Origin: Verrucomicrobiia bacterium
GTDB taxonomy: Bacteria; Omnitrophota; Omnitrophia; Omnitrophales; Aquincolibacteriaceae
Assembly: GCA_035495615.1 (NCBI GenBank)
Contig: DATJFP010000047.1
Location: forward strand, 4,106 to 68,105
Direction of reading: 5' to 3'
DNA: 64,000 bases
Shown: piece by piece, positions 49,808-59,706 of the stretch
Position numbering within the stretch: the first letter of the stretch is position 1
Layout of the letters: the number at the start of each line of letters is the position of its first letter
Notes under the pieces: generated by a model
Database searches by the model: none
What the model saw: the letters and a program-made list of their open reading frames with translations, nothing else
Told to the model about the DNA's origin: nothing
Translations under genes and position numbers: made by a program

Positions 49808-50989
49808 GTGAAGACCTTCAAGTGCATCCTCAAAAAAGGAAAAGAGAAACCGCTGCAGGGCCGTCATCCCTGGGTGTTCTCCGGCGCCATTGACCAGATC
49901 GAAGAAGGGCTCGAAGCCGGTGATCTGGTAAGCCTCTTTTCCGCGGGCGGCGACTTCCTGGGAACGGGCTACATCAATCCCGCGTCGCAGATTGCGGTGC
50001 GCGTCCTGGAATTCGGTAAGGAGCCCGTGGGCGAGGCGCTTTTCGAAAAGAAATTGCGCGCTGCGGCGGCGCTGCGCGAAACCTTTGGCATCCTGAACGA
50101 AAAGACAACGGCCTGCCGTCTCGTGCATTCGGAAGGGGACTTTCTGCCCGGACTGATCGTGGACAAGTACGGCGATACTCTTGTCGCGCAGTTTTTGACC
50201 GCGGGCATGGAGCGGTGGAAGGAAACGCTCGCGGGCCTGCTGGAAAAAGTCTTCAAGCCCGAGGGCATTTTCGAGCGCAGCGATTCGGACATGCGCGAGA
50301 AAGAAGGCCTGGAAAAGCGTTCCGGTTTATTGGCGGGCAAGGAGCCTCCGGCGGAAATCGAGATCTTGGAAAACGGCCATGTGTTTCTGATTGACGTCCG
50401 CGCGGGACAGAAAACGGGTTTCTTCCTGGACCAGCGGGAAAACCGGGCCTCGATCGGAGCCCTTTCCCAGGGCCGCAAAGTCCTGAACTGTTTTTCTTAT
50501 ACGGGCGGATTTTCGGTATATGCGGCCAAGGCCGGGGCTTCCCGGGTCGTGTCCGTCGAACTTTCCCAGCCGGCCCAGGACACAGCGCGAAAAGCGTTCG
50601 AGCGGAACGGGCTAAAAGGCGATTTCGAATTCGTGCGCGAAGACGTGTTCGACTATCTCCGGAAAACGAAAGAGACTTTCGATCTGATCGTCCTCGACCC
50701 GCCGGCCTTCTGCAAAACCAAGGGCCAGGTGCCCCAGGCCTGCCGCGGTTACAAGGATATCAACCTCTGCGCCCTCAAGAAACTTGCCCCGGGCGGACTG
50801 CTTTTCACGGCCTCGTGTTCGACCTACATGACGCCGGACCTTTTCCAGAAAGTCGTGTTCGGCGCCGCCAAAGACGCGGGCCGGGACCTCCGCATCGTCC
50901 GCAAAACCTCCCATGCCCCCGACCATCCGGTCAGCATTTTCCACCCCGAGGGCGAATACCTGAAGGGCCTCCTTTGCCAGGTGCTTTAA
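49808..50989 (+). CDS. rlmI: RlmI-like class I SAM-dependent rRNA (m5C) methyltransferase with N-terminal PUA-like domain. GTG start inferred; the ORF-track start at 49310 overlaps manC.
   Basis: N-terminus [28 protein letters not shown] is colinear with E. coli RlmI [27 protein letters not shown]. SAM motif [16 protein letters not shown]. DPPAF active-site motif. Confidence 0.75.
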   Translation: [393 protein letters not shown]

Positions 50990-51089
50990 GCAACACGTTA
51001 AGGAAACCCGGCAAAATTACGATCTATCAAGTATACTAATGACAGTTTAGTTCTGGACCCTCTCAACCCGCATTCGAAAGGGAACCTCC

Positions 51090-52958
51090 ATGGACATTCT
51101 TGAAGACAAGAGCCTTAGCGAAGGTAAACGCAAGGCGCTCGAGCTGGCCGAAGATTCGCGCGAGCAAGAGTGGAAACACCCCAGTTTCGCCGCCGAACTA
51201 TTTAAAGGAAGAGTCCGCTGGGACCTCATCCTCCCTTATCCCGAACAGAATGCGGAAGACAGGAAAATCGGGGACGAATTCCTCAAAAAACTCGAGGCCG
51301 TGCTCCGCGAGCACATCGACCCGGACAAGGTCGACCAGACCGGCGAAGTCCCGGCCGAGGCGCTGAAGGCGCTGGCCGAGATCGGCTGCTTTGCCATCAA
51401 GATTCCCAAAGAATACGGCGGCCTGGGCATGAGCCAGGTCAATTATAACCGCGCCATCCACCTGGTGGCGAGCTACTGCTCTTCGACTGCGGTTTGGCTT
51501 TCCGCGCATCAGTCCATCGGCGTTCCGCAGCCTTTGAAACTCTTCGGAACCGACGAGCAAAAGAAAAAGTACCTTCCGCGTTTTGCCAAGGGCGCGATCT
51601 CGGCTTTTGCGCTCACCGAACCCGACGTCGGCAGCGATCCGGCGAAAATGACGACAACCGCGGTGCCGGTCGATGACGGCAAGAACTTCATTATCAACGG
51701 CGACAAGCTCTGGTGCACGAACGGACCCAAGGCTGACATCCTGATCGTGATGGCGCAGACACCGCCCAAAGTCGTCAACGGCAAGGAAAAGAAGCAGATC
51801 ACGGCCTTTATCGTGGAGCGTGCCTCTGGCGGAATCGAAGTCTTGCACCGCTGCCGGTTCATGGGCCTCAACGGAATTCAGAACGGACTCTTGCGCTTCA
51901 AGAACGTGAAGGTGCCGCGGGAAAACATCGTGGGCGGGGAAGGTCAGGGGCTGAAGATCGCGCTGACTACCTTGAACACGGGAAGATTGACGATGCCCGC
52001 CGCCGTGACGGGCGGCTCCAAGTGGTGCCTGAAGGTGGCGCGGCTCTGGTCCAAGGAACGCGTCCAGTGGGGCCATGAGATCGGCCAGCATGAAGCCGTG
52101 GCGCACAAGATCGCGACCATGGCCGCCACGATTTTTACGATGGATGCCGTGACCTACATCGCCTCGGAAATGGCGGACCGGCATCTTTTCGACATCCGCC
52201 TGGAAGCGGCCATGGCCAAACTCTGCTGCACGGAAGCGAGCTGGAAAGTCGTTGACGGGACTCTCCAGATCCGCGGCGGACGTGGTTACGAAACCGGGCC
52301 TTCGCTGAAGGCCAGGGGCGAAAAAGGCTATGCGGTCGAGCGCATGATGCGCGACGCCCGTATCAACACCATCATCGAAGGCACCAGCCAGATCATGCGT
52401 CTTTTCATCGCGCGCGAAGCCATGGACACACACGTGCGCAAGATCATGCCCATCATGTCGCGTAAGACGAAACCTGGCGAAAAGCTGGCGCTCGCGGGCA
52501 AGGCCTTCAAGTTTTACAGCACGTGGTATCCGAAGCAGTTCATCCCCGCGTCGCAGCTTCCGAAAGACGTCGCGATTCCCGGCGCGCTCAAACCGCACAT
52601 GAAATACATCGGCGGCGCGGCGCGGCGCCTGGCCCGGAACCTGTTCCATGCCATGGCCATCAACCAGCAGAAGCTCGAATCCAAGCAGCAGCTCATGTCG
52701 CGCCTCGTCAATATCGGTACCGACCTTTTTGCCATGGCCTCGGCCTGTTCCAAGGCGATCCGGCTGAAGGAAAAGGGCACGGCCGACGCCAATTCCGTGG
52801 CGCTTGCTGACTTGTTCTGCCGTCAGGCCAAGGGCCGCATCGAAAAGCAGTTCCGCGGCCTGTTCTCCAATAGCGATGCCTTTGCGTACAACCTCGCCCA
52901 GGATGTCCTGGAAGGCAAGTACGCCTGGCTGGAGAACGACATTATCTTCCCGGCCTAA
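51090..52958 (+). CDS. Acyl-CoA dehydrogenase, long form (622 aa)
   Basis: ACAD N-terminal, middle and C-terminal domains (GLNGIQNGLLRFKNVKVPREN, catalytic region ...IRGGRGYETG..., ARINTIIEGTSQIMRLFIAREA) plus a C-terminal extension. Confidence 0.85.
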   Translation: MDILEDKSLSEGKRKALELAEDSREQEWKHPSFAAELFKGRVRWDLILPYPEQNAEDRKIGDEFLKKLEAVLREHIDPDKVDQTGEVPAEALKALAEIGCFAIKIPKEYGGLGMSQVNYNRAIHLVASYCSSTAVWLSAHQSIGVPQPLKLFGTDEQKKKYLPRFAKGAISAFALTEPDVGSDPAKMTTTAVPVDDGKNFIINGDKLWCTNGPKADILIVMAQTPPKVVNGKEKKQITAFIVERASGGIEVLHRCRFMGLNGIQNGLLRFKNVKVPRENIVGGEGQGLKIALTTLNTGRLTMPAAVTGGSKWCLKVARLWSKERVQWGHEIGQHEAVAHKIATMAATIFTMDAVTYIASEMADRHLFDIRLEAAMAKLCCTEASWKVVDGTLQIRGGRGYETGPSLKARGEKGYAVERMMRDARINTIIEGTSQIMRLFIAREAMDTHVRKIMPIMSRKTKPGEKLALAGKAFKFYSTWYPKQFIPASQLPKDVAIPGALKPHMKYIGGAARRLARNLFHAMAINQQKLESKQQLMSRLVNIGTDLFAMASACSKAIRLKEKGTADANSVALADLFCRQAKGRIEKQFRGLFSNSDAFAYNLAQDVLEGKYAWLENDIIFPA

Positions 52959-53085
52959 GTCAGGAAGCCCCTTTCCTAAAGCCGTCAAAGTTGGTACAAT
53001 ACCTGCTTTAACCCCAGCGTCTTGACGATCCAACCTCCGGTTTATCTTCAGACAGTCTATTTAAGGGGAGAGGTTTCTCTTATTT

Positions 53086-54801
53086 ATGGAAGACAAGAAA
53101 ACAGCCGCGGAAAAAAACAAGGAAAACAGCGCTTACCTGAAGGGCACGGTTCCTGACGCCGTCCTCTCGGACAGCTCGCACTTCACGAGTGACGAAAGCG
53201 CCCTGCTCAAATTTCACGGCACCTATCAGCAGGACGACCGCGACGTCCGCGGCGCACGCGTGAAGGAAAAGAAAGAGCCTCTCTACGGAATGATGGTCCG
53301 CTCCAAGATTCCGGGAGGACGCCTGACCGCCGCGCAATATCTCAACCACGACGACCTCGCCGGCCTGTACGGCAACGGCACGCTCCGGATCACCACGCGC
53401 CAGGGCTTTCAGTTCCACGGCGTCCTGAAAAAGAACCTCAAAGCCGTCATTCGCAGCATCAACGAAAAGCTCGGCACGACCAGCGGCGCCTGCGGCGACA
53501 TCGTCCGCAACGTCATGGCCTGCCCGGCGCCGGCCTCGGACCGCTCGCGCATGAAAGTGTTCGAGCTGGCTAAGAGCTTGTCGGACCAGTTCCTCTCCAA
53601 GAGCGGCACTTACCAGGAAATCTGGCTGGACGGAAAAAAGACCGAAACCGAAAGGCCTCCGGAAGAGGCGGAGCCCATCTACGGCAAGGCTTACCTGCCG
53701 CGCAAATTCAAGATCGGCATGGCCTGCCCGGATGACAACTGCATCGACGTGTACACGCATGACCTGGGCATCGTGCCCGAGTTGGATGCCAGCGGCGGCG
53801 TGGCGGGATTCACGCTGCTCGTGGGCGGCGGGCTCGGCATGACGCATGGCATCGAAAAGACGTATCCGCGGCTGGCAACGCCGCTTTGCTTTGTGACGCC
53901 CGAGGACCTGGCCGAAACCTGCAAAGCCATCGTGCTCGTCCAGCGTGACAACGGCAACCGCCAGGACCGTAAAAGGGCCCGCCTCAAGTACCTTCTGGAT
54001 GAGCGGGGAGTGCCCTGGTTCCGCTCGGAAGTGGAGAAGCGGCTGGGAAAAAAAACCCAGGATCCGCACCCGATCCGCTTGAAAGAGGTTGAAAACCACC
54101 TGGGCTGGCACCCGAATGCCCAAGGCGCCTGGTACCTGGGCGTTTTCATCGAGAACGGCAGGATCAAAGACGAAGGTTCCCTGAAGCTGAGGACCGGCCT
54201 GCGCGCGCTCGTGGAAAAATACAAGCCGGACGTTTATCTCACGGCCCAGCAGGACATCCTTTTCAGCGGGTTCCAGGAGAACCAGAAAAAGGAAGTCGAG
54301 GACTTGCTGCGTTCCCACGGCATCAAACTGCCTTGGGAGCTCGCCAAGGCGCGGCTTGATTCCATCGCCTGCCCGGCCCTGCCCACCTGCGGCCTGGCCA
54401 TCTCGGAATCCGAGCGGGTCATGCCCGGCCTCATGGACGAATGGGAGAAAGAAGTCGCGGCCCAGGGGCTCGAAGACCAGAAATTCATCATCCGCATGAC
54501 CGGCTGCCCGAACGGCTGCGCGCGGCCGTACAATGCCGAGATCGCCCTGGTCGGGCGCAATCCCGGCATTTACAACGTCTACGTCGGCGGCAGCCTGATC
54601 GGCGACCGCATGGCCTGGAGCCTGGCTGACAAAGTGCCGCTTGCCGACATCGTCAAAACGCTGCGTCCCGTGCTTTCACTTTACCGCAAAGAGCGCGAAA
54701 AAGGCGAAGGATTCGGTGATTTTTGCTTCCGTTCCGGAGCGGCCAAATTAAAAAATTTGATCTCCGCCTCGGCCGCTTCCCAAGTGCCTCATTCCTCGTA
54801 G
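53086..54801 (+). CDS. Sulfite/nitrite reductase hemoprotein (ferredoxin- or NADPH-dependent assimilatory type; siroheme-[4Fe-4S])
   Basis: Two nitrite/sulfite reductase ferredoxin-like half domains. Cys cluster CPALPTCGLA ... TGCPNGCARP. Confidence 0.85.
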   Translation: MEDKKTAAEKNKENSAYLKGTVPDAVLSDSSHFTSDESALLKFHGTYQQDDRDVRGARVKEKKEPLYGMMVRSKIPGGRLTAAQYLNHDDLAGLYGNGTLRITTRQGFQFHGVLKKNLKAVIRSINEKLGTTSGACGDIVRNVMACPAPASDRSRMKVFELAKSLSDQFLSKSGTYQEIWLDGKKTETERPPEEAEPIYGKAYLPRKFKIGMACPDDNCIDVYTHDLGIVPELDASGGVAGFTLLVGGGLGMTHGIEKTYPRLATPLCFVTPEDLAETCKAIVLVQRDNGNRQDRKRARLKYLLDERGVPWFRSEVEKRLGKKTQDPHPIRLKEVENHLGWHPNAQGAWYLGVFIENGRIKDEGSLKLRTGLRALVEKYKPDVYLTAQQDILFSGFQENQKKEVEDLLRSHGIKLPWELAKARLDSIACPALPTCGLAISESERVMPGLMDEWEKEVAAQGLEDQKFIIRMTGCPNGCARPYNAEIALVGRNPGIYNVYVGGSLIGDRMAWSLADKVPLADIVKTLRPVLSLYRKEREKGEGFGDFCFRSGAAKLKNLISASAASQVPHSS

Positions 54802-54891
54802 GTTACCCGAGCCTTTGTCCCGAGCCCTACTCTTGCAAGGCTTGCGTCCTGCGGGTATTCTTTAGGTAGCTTTTTGAAAGGAATATGAGGA

Positions 54892-55461
54892 ATGAAACGG
54901 CGCGGCGAATGGATCATCCCTGGCGTGACTCTGCTCTGCATTCCTCTGCTTTTTTCGGGGCCTGTCGTGGCCGCGGAAAGCAGCTCTGACGGAGCTTTCC
55001 CTGCGCTGGAAAACACCACCGCTTTCGAACAATACCGCCGCCGTCCGTTTACCGAAGAATCCAAAATCCTCTGCCTGATCGACCGTTTTGCCGTCCCGTC
55101 CGCCGAGATCCTCTACGAAGGCCATTATTTCAAGGCCTCTTTCGCGGCTCGTGTCGTGCGCCTGTACCTGGCCGCCAATTACAAGGGCGAAAGCGCCCGC
55201 AGCTGGATCCTGAAGAAATGCTACCGCTCCCATCAGGCCGGGGTTATTATCTGGGCGAAATTGCCGGGCAGCGATAATTTCCGCATGGCCAAAGACGTCC
55301 TTCTGGAGGAGCTCGACAAGCTGGACCTCCTTACCGAAGACTTAAGGCGTATCAAGGCCACGACCGCCGAGATCGAAAGCCTTCCGCCCCCGGCTACCGA
55401 GGCCGCGAAAAACCAGGACGTGGAGCCCATCCTGGCGCCTGTCGTGCCTGTCGCGTCTTAA
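54892..55461 (+). CDS. Hypothetical secreted protein (189 aa)
   Basis: Signal peptide WIIPGVTLLCIPLLFSGPVVAAES. RBS GAGG upstream. Confidence 0.5.
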   Translation: MKRRGEWIIPGVTLLCIPLLFSGPVVAAESSSDGAFPALENTTAFEQYRRRPFTEESKILCLIDRFAVPSAEILYEGHYFKASFAARVVRLYLAANYKGESARSWILKKCYRSHQAGVIIWAKLPGSDNFRMAKDVLLEELDKLDLLTEDLRRIKATTAEIESLPPPATEAAKNQDVEPILAPVVPVAS

Positions 55462-55554
55462 TTTTCTTCCCCGCCGGACCGTTCATCCCCGTCCGTTTTA
55501 AGCCGATAAAAGAACGTCTTTTCCTAACCCCCTGTCTCAAACGAGGAGAGAAAA

Positions 55555-55755
55555 ATGGCGACCAAGACCCTAAGGCCCCTGCCGTCAGGCAAAGTCACGA
55601 TTTTCAAGATCTCCAACCGCCGCGGATTTGCCGCGGTCTGCATGCGCAATCTCACCGAAGGCCGCAGCGCGGACCAGGCGTTCCAGCGCATGGCCAAAGC
55701 CGTCCGCCGCGCCGGCTACGAACTGCGGGGCAAGGTTCCGAAAGCCAAGGCCTGA
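55555..55755 (+). CDS. Hypothetical small basic protein (66 aa)
   Basis: Strong RBS AGGAGAG 6 nt upstream. No family recognised. Confidence 0.45.
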   Translation: MATKTLRPLPSGKVTIFKISNRRGFAAVCMRNLTEGRSADQAFQRMAKAVRRAGYELRGKVPKAKA

Positions 55756-55775
55756 TCAAAAGTTTTTCCGTTTGA

Positions 55776-55804
55776 TTGACAGGATGGAGTGCCCGCTTTA
55801 AAAT
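55776..55804 (+). promoter_or_regulatory. Canonical sigma-70 promoter for trpS: -35 TTGACA, 17-bp spacer, -10 TAAAAT
   Basis: TTGACA at 55776-55781. TAAAAT at 55799-55804. ATG at 55834 preceded by GAGG. Confidence 0.7.
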
Positions 55805-55833
55805 ACGAAAAATCCTGAGGTTACGATTACACC

Positions 55834-56814
55834 ATGACACGTGTTTTAAGCGGGACCCGGCCGACGGGAAAGCTCCATCTCGGCAATTTCCTTGGCGCGA
55901 TCGAAAATTTCACCAAGCTGCAGAACCTGGACGCGTATTTCATGATCGCGGACTGGCATGCGCTGACCACCGAATACGAGTCCCACACGCAAATCGCCCA
56001 GAACGTGGGCGAAGTCATGGTGGATTACCTGGCCAGCGGTCTCGATCCGGAGAAGTGCACCATCTTCATCCAGAGCGAGGTGCCGGAACACGTGGAACTG
56101 GCCCTGATCTTCTCCATGATCACTCCTCTGGGATGGCTGGAAAGAAACCCGACCTACAAAGACCAGCTCAAGGAAATGAAAGGCAAGGATCTCGCCACGC
56201 ACGGCTTTCTCGGTTATCCCGTGCTGCAGGCCGCGGACATCCTGCTTTATAAAGCGGTCAAAGTGCCGGTGGGCGAGGATCAGCTCCCGCACTTGGAACT
56301 CACGCGGGAAATCCTGCGGCGGTTTCATCATCTGTATAAGGTCCAGATTTTTCCGGAACCCGAAGCCATCCTGACGCAGGCGCCGCGCATTCCCGGGACC
56401 GACGGCCGCAAGATGAGCAAGAGCTACAACAATTGCATTTATCTCGCGGACACGAAGGAAGAGACAACGGCCAAGGTCAAGACCATGGTGACGGACCCGG
56501 CCCGCGTCCGCCGCACGGATCCGGGAAACCCGGAAGTCTGTCCGGTTTTTTACATGCACAAGATTTTTAATCAAGGCAATGTTCCCACGGTGGACAAGGA
56601 ATGCCGCACCGCGGCGCGCGGCTGCACCGAATGCAAGATGGAAATGGCCGGCAAGATGAATGAATCTTTAGATCCCATACGCGAAAGGCGCAAGGAATGG
56701 ACAACGAAACCGAAAGAAGTCAGGAAAATCCTGGACAAGGGGCGGGACAAGGCCCGGTCGACGGCTCAAGCGACGCTCAGCGAAGCGATGAAGGCCGTGG
56801 GGCTCCGCAGCTAG
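55834..56814 (+). CDS. trpS: Tryptophan--tRNA ligase
   Basis: SGTRPTGKLHLGNFLG (HIGH-type). KMSKS. 326 aa. Confidence 0.9.
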   Translation: MTRVLSGTRPTGKLHLGNFLGAIENFTKLQNLDAYFMIADWHALTTEYESHTQIAQNVGEVMVDYLASGLDPEKCTIFIQSEVPEHVELALIFSMITPLGWLERNPTYKDQLKEMKGKDLATHGFLGYPVLQAADILLYKAVKVPVGEDQLPHLELTREILRRFHHLYKVQIFPEPEAILTQAPRIPGTDGRKMSKSYNNCIYLADTKEETTAKVKTMVTDPARVRRTDPGNPEVCPVFYMHKIFNQGNVPTVDKECRTAARGCTECKMEMAGKMNESLDPIRERRKEWTTKPKEVRKILDKGRDKARSTAQATLSEAMKAVGLRS

Positions 56815-56888
56815 AAGCCGGCGTTCCCGAAGCGGCCTCCGCGAATGCCCCGGAAGCCGTCCCGGAAAGCGGCTCGGCGCTGCCTCTT

Positions 56889-57665
56889 TTGCAAAAGGCC
56901 GAACGCAGCCCGCTTCACGTGAAATTATCGATCTACGATGGGCCGCTCGACCTCCTTCTCGACCTGATCAAGAAGAACGAGATGGACATCCTGAACATCC
57001 AGGTTTCGGAGATCACGCGCCAGTACCTGGAGTACCTGGCGGAGATGAAGCGCCTGGACCTGGAAGTCGCGGGCGAGTTTCTCGTGATGGCCGCGACGCT
57101 CGTCTACATCAAGTCGCGGATGATCCTCCCTCAGACCGAAGACGACGAAGACGAAGAGGGCGGCGATCCGCGCGCGGAACTCGTGCGCAAGCTGCTCGAA
57201 TACCAGGCGTTCAAGGAAGCGGCCAAAGAACTCGGCATGCTCGAGACCGAGCGCGGCAAGGCGTTCACGCGCCAGATCGCGGATTATTACCTCGCGGATC
57301 TCAGCGCCGAAGATGCGGGCATCGACACGTTCAGCGCGAATTTGTACGACCTGCTGTCCGCGTTCCAGAAAGTCCTGACCTTGAAGGGCCGAGAGGCCAT
57401 GCACGAGGTCTATGAGGAAGTCATCTCTATTGACCAGAAGATCAGCGACCTCAAGGCGGCGCTGGCACAGAGAAAACGGGTTCTTTTTACGGAAATGTTT
57501 CCCGCGCGCTGGACGCGCAACGAGCTTATCGCGACTTTCCTGGCGCTCCTGGAAGTGGTGAAGGGGAAATTCGCGCGCTTCGTCCAGGAAAAACAGTTTG
57601 GTGAAATTGTGATCGAAAAAATCGAAGAACCGCAACCTTCAACGTCTCAACCGGAGGCCCAGTGA
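56889..57665 (+). CDS. scpA: Segregation and condensation protein A (kleisin). Start uncertain (TTG 56889 or GTG 56919).
   Basis: LHVKLSIYDGPLDLLLDLIKKNEMDILNIQVSEITRQYLEYL N-terminal ScpA signature. The in-frame ORF upstream overlaps the trpS end. Confidence 0.75.
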   Translation: MQKAERSPLHVKLSIYDGPLDLLLDLIKKNEMDILNIQVSEITRQYLEYLAEMKRLDLEVAGEFLVMAATLVYIKSRMILPQTEDDEDEEGGDPRAELVRKLLEYQAFKEAAKELGMLETERGKAFTRQIADYYLADLSAEDAGIDTFSANLYDLLSAFQKVLTLKGREAMHEVYEEVISIDQKISDLKAALAQRKRVLFTEMFPARWTRNELIATFLALLEVVKGKFARFVQEKQFGEIVIEKIEEPQPSTSQPEAQ

Positions 57666-58618
57666 ACGCAAAAACCGCTGCCAAGGAAAAGGAACGCGAG
57701 CAGAAATTGAAAGCCATGCGCAAGGACCTGGAAGAAAAGCTCGAGGAGCAGCTTCCGCCCGAAATGCTTGACCAGAAAATCCGTGTGGAAGTCGAGAAAG
57801 TCGACGTCAACGCGCCGCTCGAACCCTCGCAGGCCAAGTCCGTCATCGAAGCGCTCCTTTTTGCCTCTTCCAAGCCCATGACTGTTTCGGAAATCCGCAA
57901 GGTGATGCGCGCGGTGATGCCCAAGGAAATCGAAGGCTACATCCAGGAGCTCAAACAGGAATACACGGACACGAAAAAGAGCTTCGAGATCGTGGAGATC
58001 GCGGGCGGTTACGAGCTCGCGACACGCAAGGAGTTCGCGCCGTGGATCTGCCGCGTGGAAATGCAGAAAAAGGTCCGGCAGGCCACGCAGTCCGCGCTCG
58101 AAACGCTGGCCATCATGGCCTACAAGCAGCCGCTCACGCGCGCCGAGATCGAAGAGCTGCGCGGCGTCGACTGCAGCGGCGTCGTGACGAACCTCACGGA
58201 ACGCGGCTTCATCAAGATTACAGGCAAAAAAGAAATCCCGGGCCGCCCGTTCCTGTATTCGACCACGGAAAAATTCCTGGAGCACTTCGGCCTGAATTCT
58301 CTGGCCGACCTGCCCAGCATCGACGAGATCAAGGTCATGGTCGAGCAGTCCGTGAAAAAAGAAGACCTGCTCGGCACGCAGAAAATTGTGGAAGTGCCGC
58401 AGGAAGGCGCCCCCGCGGAAGGCGCGCCGTCTGAGCAGGATCTGGAATCCGCGGAAGCCGCCGTGGACGCGGGCGTGGAAACGCCGGCCCCGGCCGAGCC
58501 CGTGGACACGCGTAAGGAACTGATGGACAATCTGTCCGAAATTTCCGCGGAGATCGACAACATCCCGGACATCCGCATCGAAACCCGCGAGGAAAAGAAT
58601 GAGCCAGGAAAAAACTGA
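57662..58618 (+). CDS. scpB: Segregation and condensation protein B with an acidic C-terminal extension
   Basis: GTGA overlap with scpA. AKSVIEALLFASSKPMTVSEIRKVM winged-helix signature. Tandem wHTH domains. Confidence 0.75.
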   Translation: MNAKTAAKEKEREQKLKAMRKDLEEKLEEQLPPEMLDQKIRVEVEKVDVNAPLEPSQAKSVIEALLFASSKPMTVSEIRKVMRAVMPKEIEGYIQELKQEYTDTKKSFEIVEIAGGYELATRKEFAPWICRVEMQKKVRQATQSALETLAIMAYKQPLTRAEIEELRGVDCSGVVTNLTERGFIKITGKKEIPGRPFLYSTTEKFLEHFGLNSLADLPSIDEIKVMVEQSVKKEDLLGTQKIVEVPQEGAPAEGAPSEQDLESAEAAVDAGVETPAPAEPVDTRKELMDNLSEISAEIDNIPDIRIETREEKNEPGKN

Positions 58619-59693
58619 TTCGCTGGGCGACTTGCGCCAGAAGATCGACGGGCTGGACAAGCAGATCGTCGGCCTTTTGAACCAGCGTACGAACCTCGCG
58701 CTCGAAGTGGGGCGGACCAAGCAGAAGCTGGGCAAGGAGATTTACGCGCCGGAACGCGAAAGCCAGATCTACCAGATGCTCGACATGGAAGCGGAAAAAG
58801 GCGTGCTGCCCAAAGAAGCGCTGAAGTCCATTTACCGCGAGATCATGTCCGCGGCCTTGTCGCTGGAAAAGCCGCTTACGATCGCCTACCTCGGGCCTGA
58901 AGCCACGTTCACGCACCTGGCGTCGCTTTCGAAATTCGGCTCGAGCGTGAAGTATTTTCCCGCGGTCAGCATTTCCGAAGTGTTCCGCGAAGTCGAACGC
59001 GGCCGCGCCGACTACGGCGTGATCCCGATCGAGAATTCGACCGAAGGCGCGGTGAACCACACACTCGACATGTTTATCGATTCGGACCTGAAAATCTGCT
59101 CGGAAATCCTTTCCAAGATCGACCACTATTTGATGTCGACGTCGTCGCTGGACCAGGTGAAGCGCGTGTACTCGAAGCCGGAAGCGTTCGGCCAGTGCCG
59201 GCAGTGGCTCGAAACGCACCTGCCGAAGGCCGAATACATCGAGACGGGCAGCACGACGCACGCGGCCCAGCGCGCTCAGAAGGAAAACGGCGCCGCGGCC
59301 ATCGCCTCGAAACTCGCCGCGACGCTGTACAACCTCACGGTGCTGGCCGACGGCATCCAGGATTTTTCGCGTAACGTCACGCGCTTTCTCGTGATCGCGC
59401 GCCAGAACGCCCGGCCCACGAAGCGTGACAAGACGTCGCTGCTCGTCTCGGCGAAAGACAAGGTCGGCGCGCTCTACGACATCCTGCTGCCGTTCAAGAA
59501 GCACAAAGTCAATTTGACGAAGATCGAGTCCCGGCCGTCCAAAAAGAAGGCCTGGGAATATTATTTTTTCATCGATCTGGAAGGGCACGTGGAAGATCCC
59601 AAGATCAAACGCGTGCTGGATGCCGTGGAAACGAAAGTCCGCTTCATGAAAGTCCTCGGTTCGTATCCCGCTTCCGCGGCCAAGGAAGTCTAA
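58599..59693 (+). CDS. pheA: Bifunctional chorismate mutase / prephenate dehydratase (CM-PDT-ACT)
   Basis: CM helix LRQKIDGLDKQIVGLLNQRTNLALEVGRTK. PDT domain with TRF/ESRP motifs (NVTRFLVI, LTKIESRPSKK). C-terminal ACT. Confidence 0.85.
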   Translation: MSQEKTDSLGDLRQKIDGLDKQIVGLLNQRTNLALEVGRTKQKLGKEIYAPERESQIYQMLDMEAEKGVLPKEALKSIYREIMSAALSLEKPLTIAYLGPEATFTHLASLSKFGSSVKYFPAVSISEVFREVERGRADYGVIPIENSTEGAVNHTLDMFIDSDLKICSEILSKIDHYLMSTSSLDQVKRVYSKPEAFGQCRQWLETHLPKAEYIETGSTTHAAQRAQKENGAAAIASKLAATLYNLTVLADGIQDFSRNVTRFLVIARQNARPTKRDKTSLLVSAKDKVGALYDILLPFKKHKVNLTKIESRPSKKKAWEYYFFIDLEGHVEDPKIKRVLDAVETKVRFMKVLGSYPASAAKEV

Positions 59694-59706
59694 CCTTCAC
59701 CTTATT

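Noticed and set aside
55555-55755. Possible ribosomal protein S21, L31 or L35
   Set aside because: The sequence does not align with any of these families on inspection. Kept only as a hypothetical small protein.
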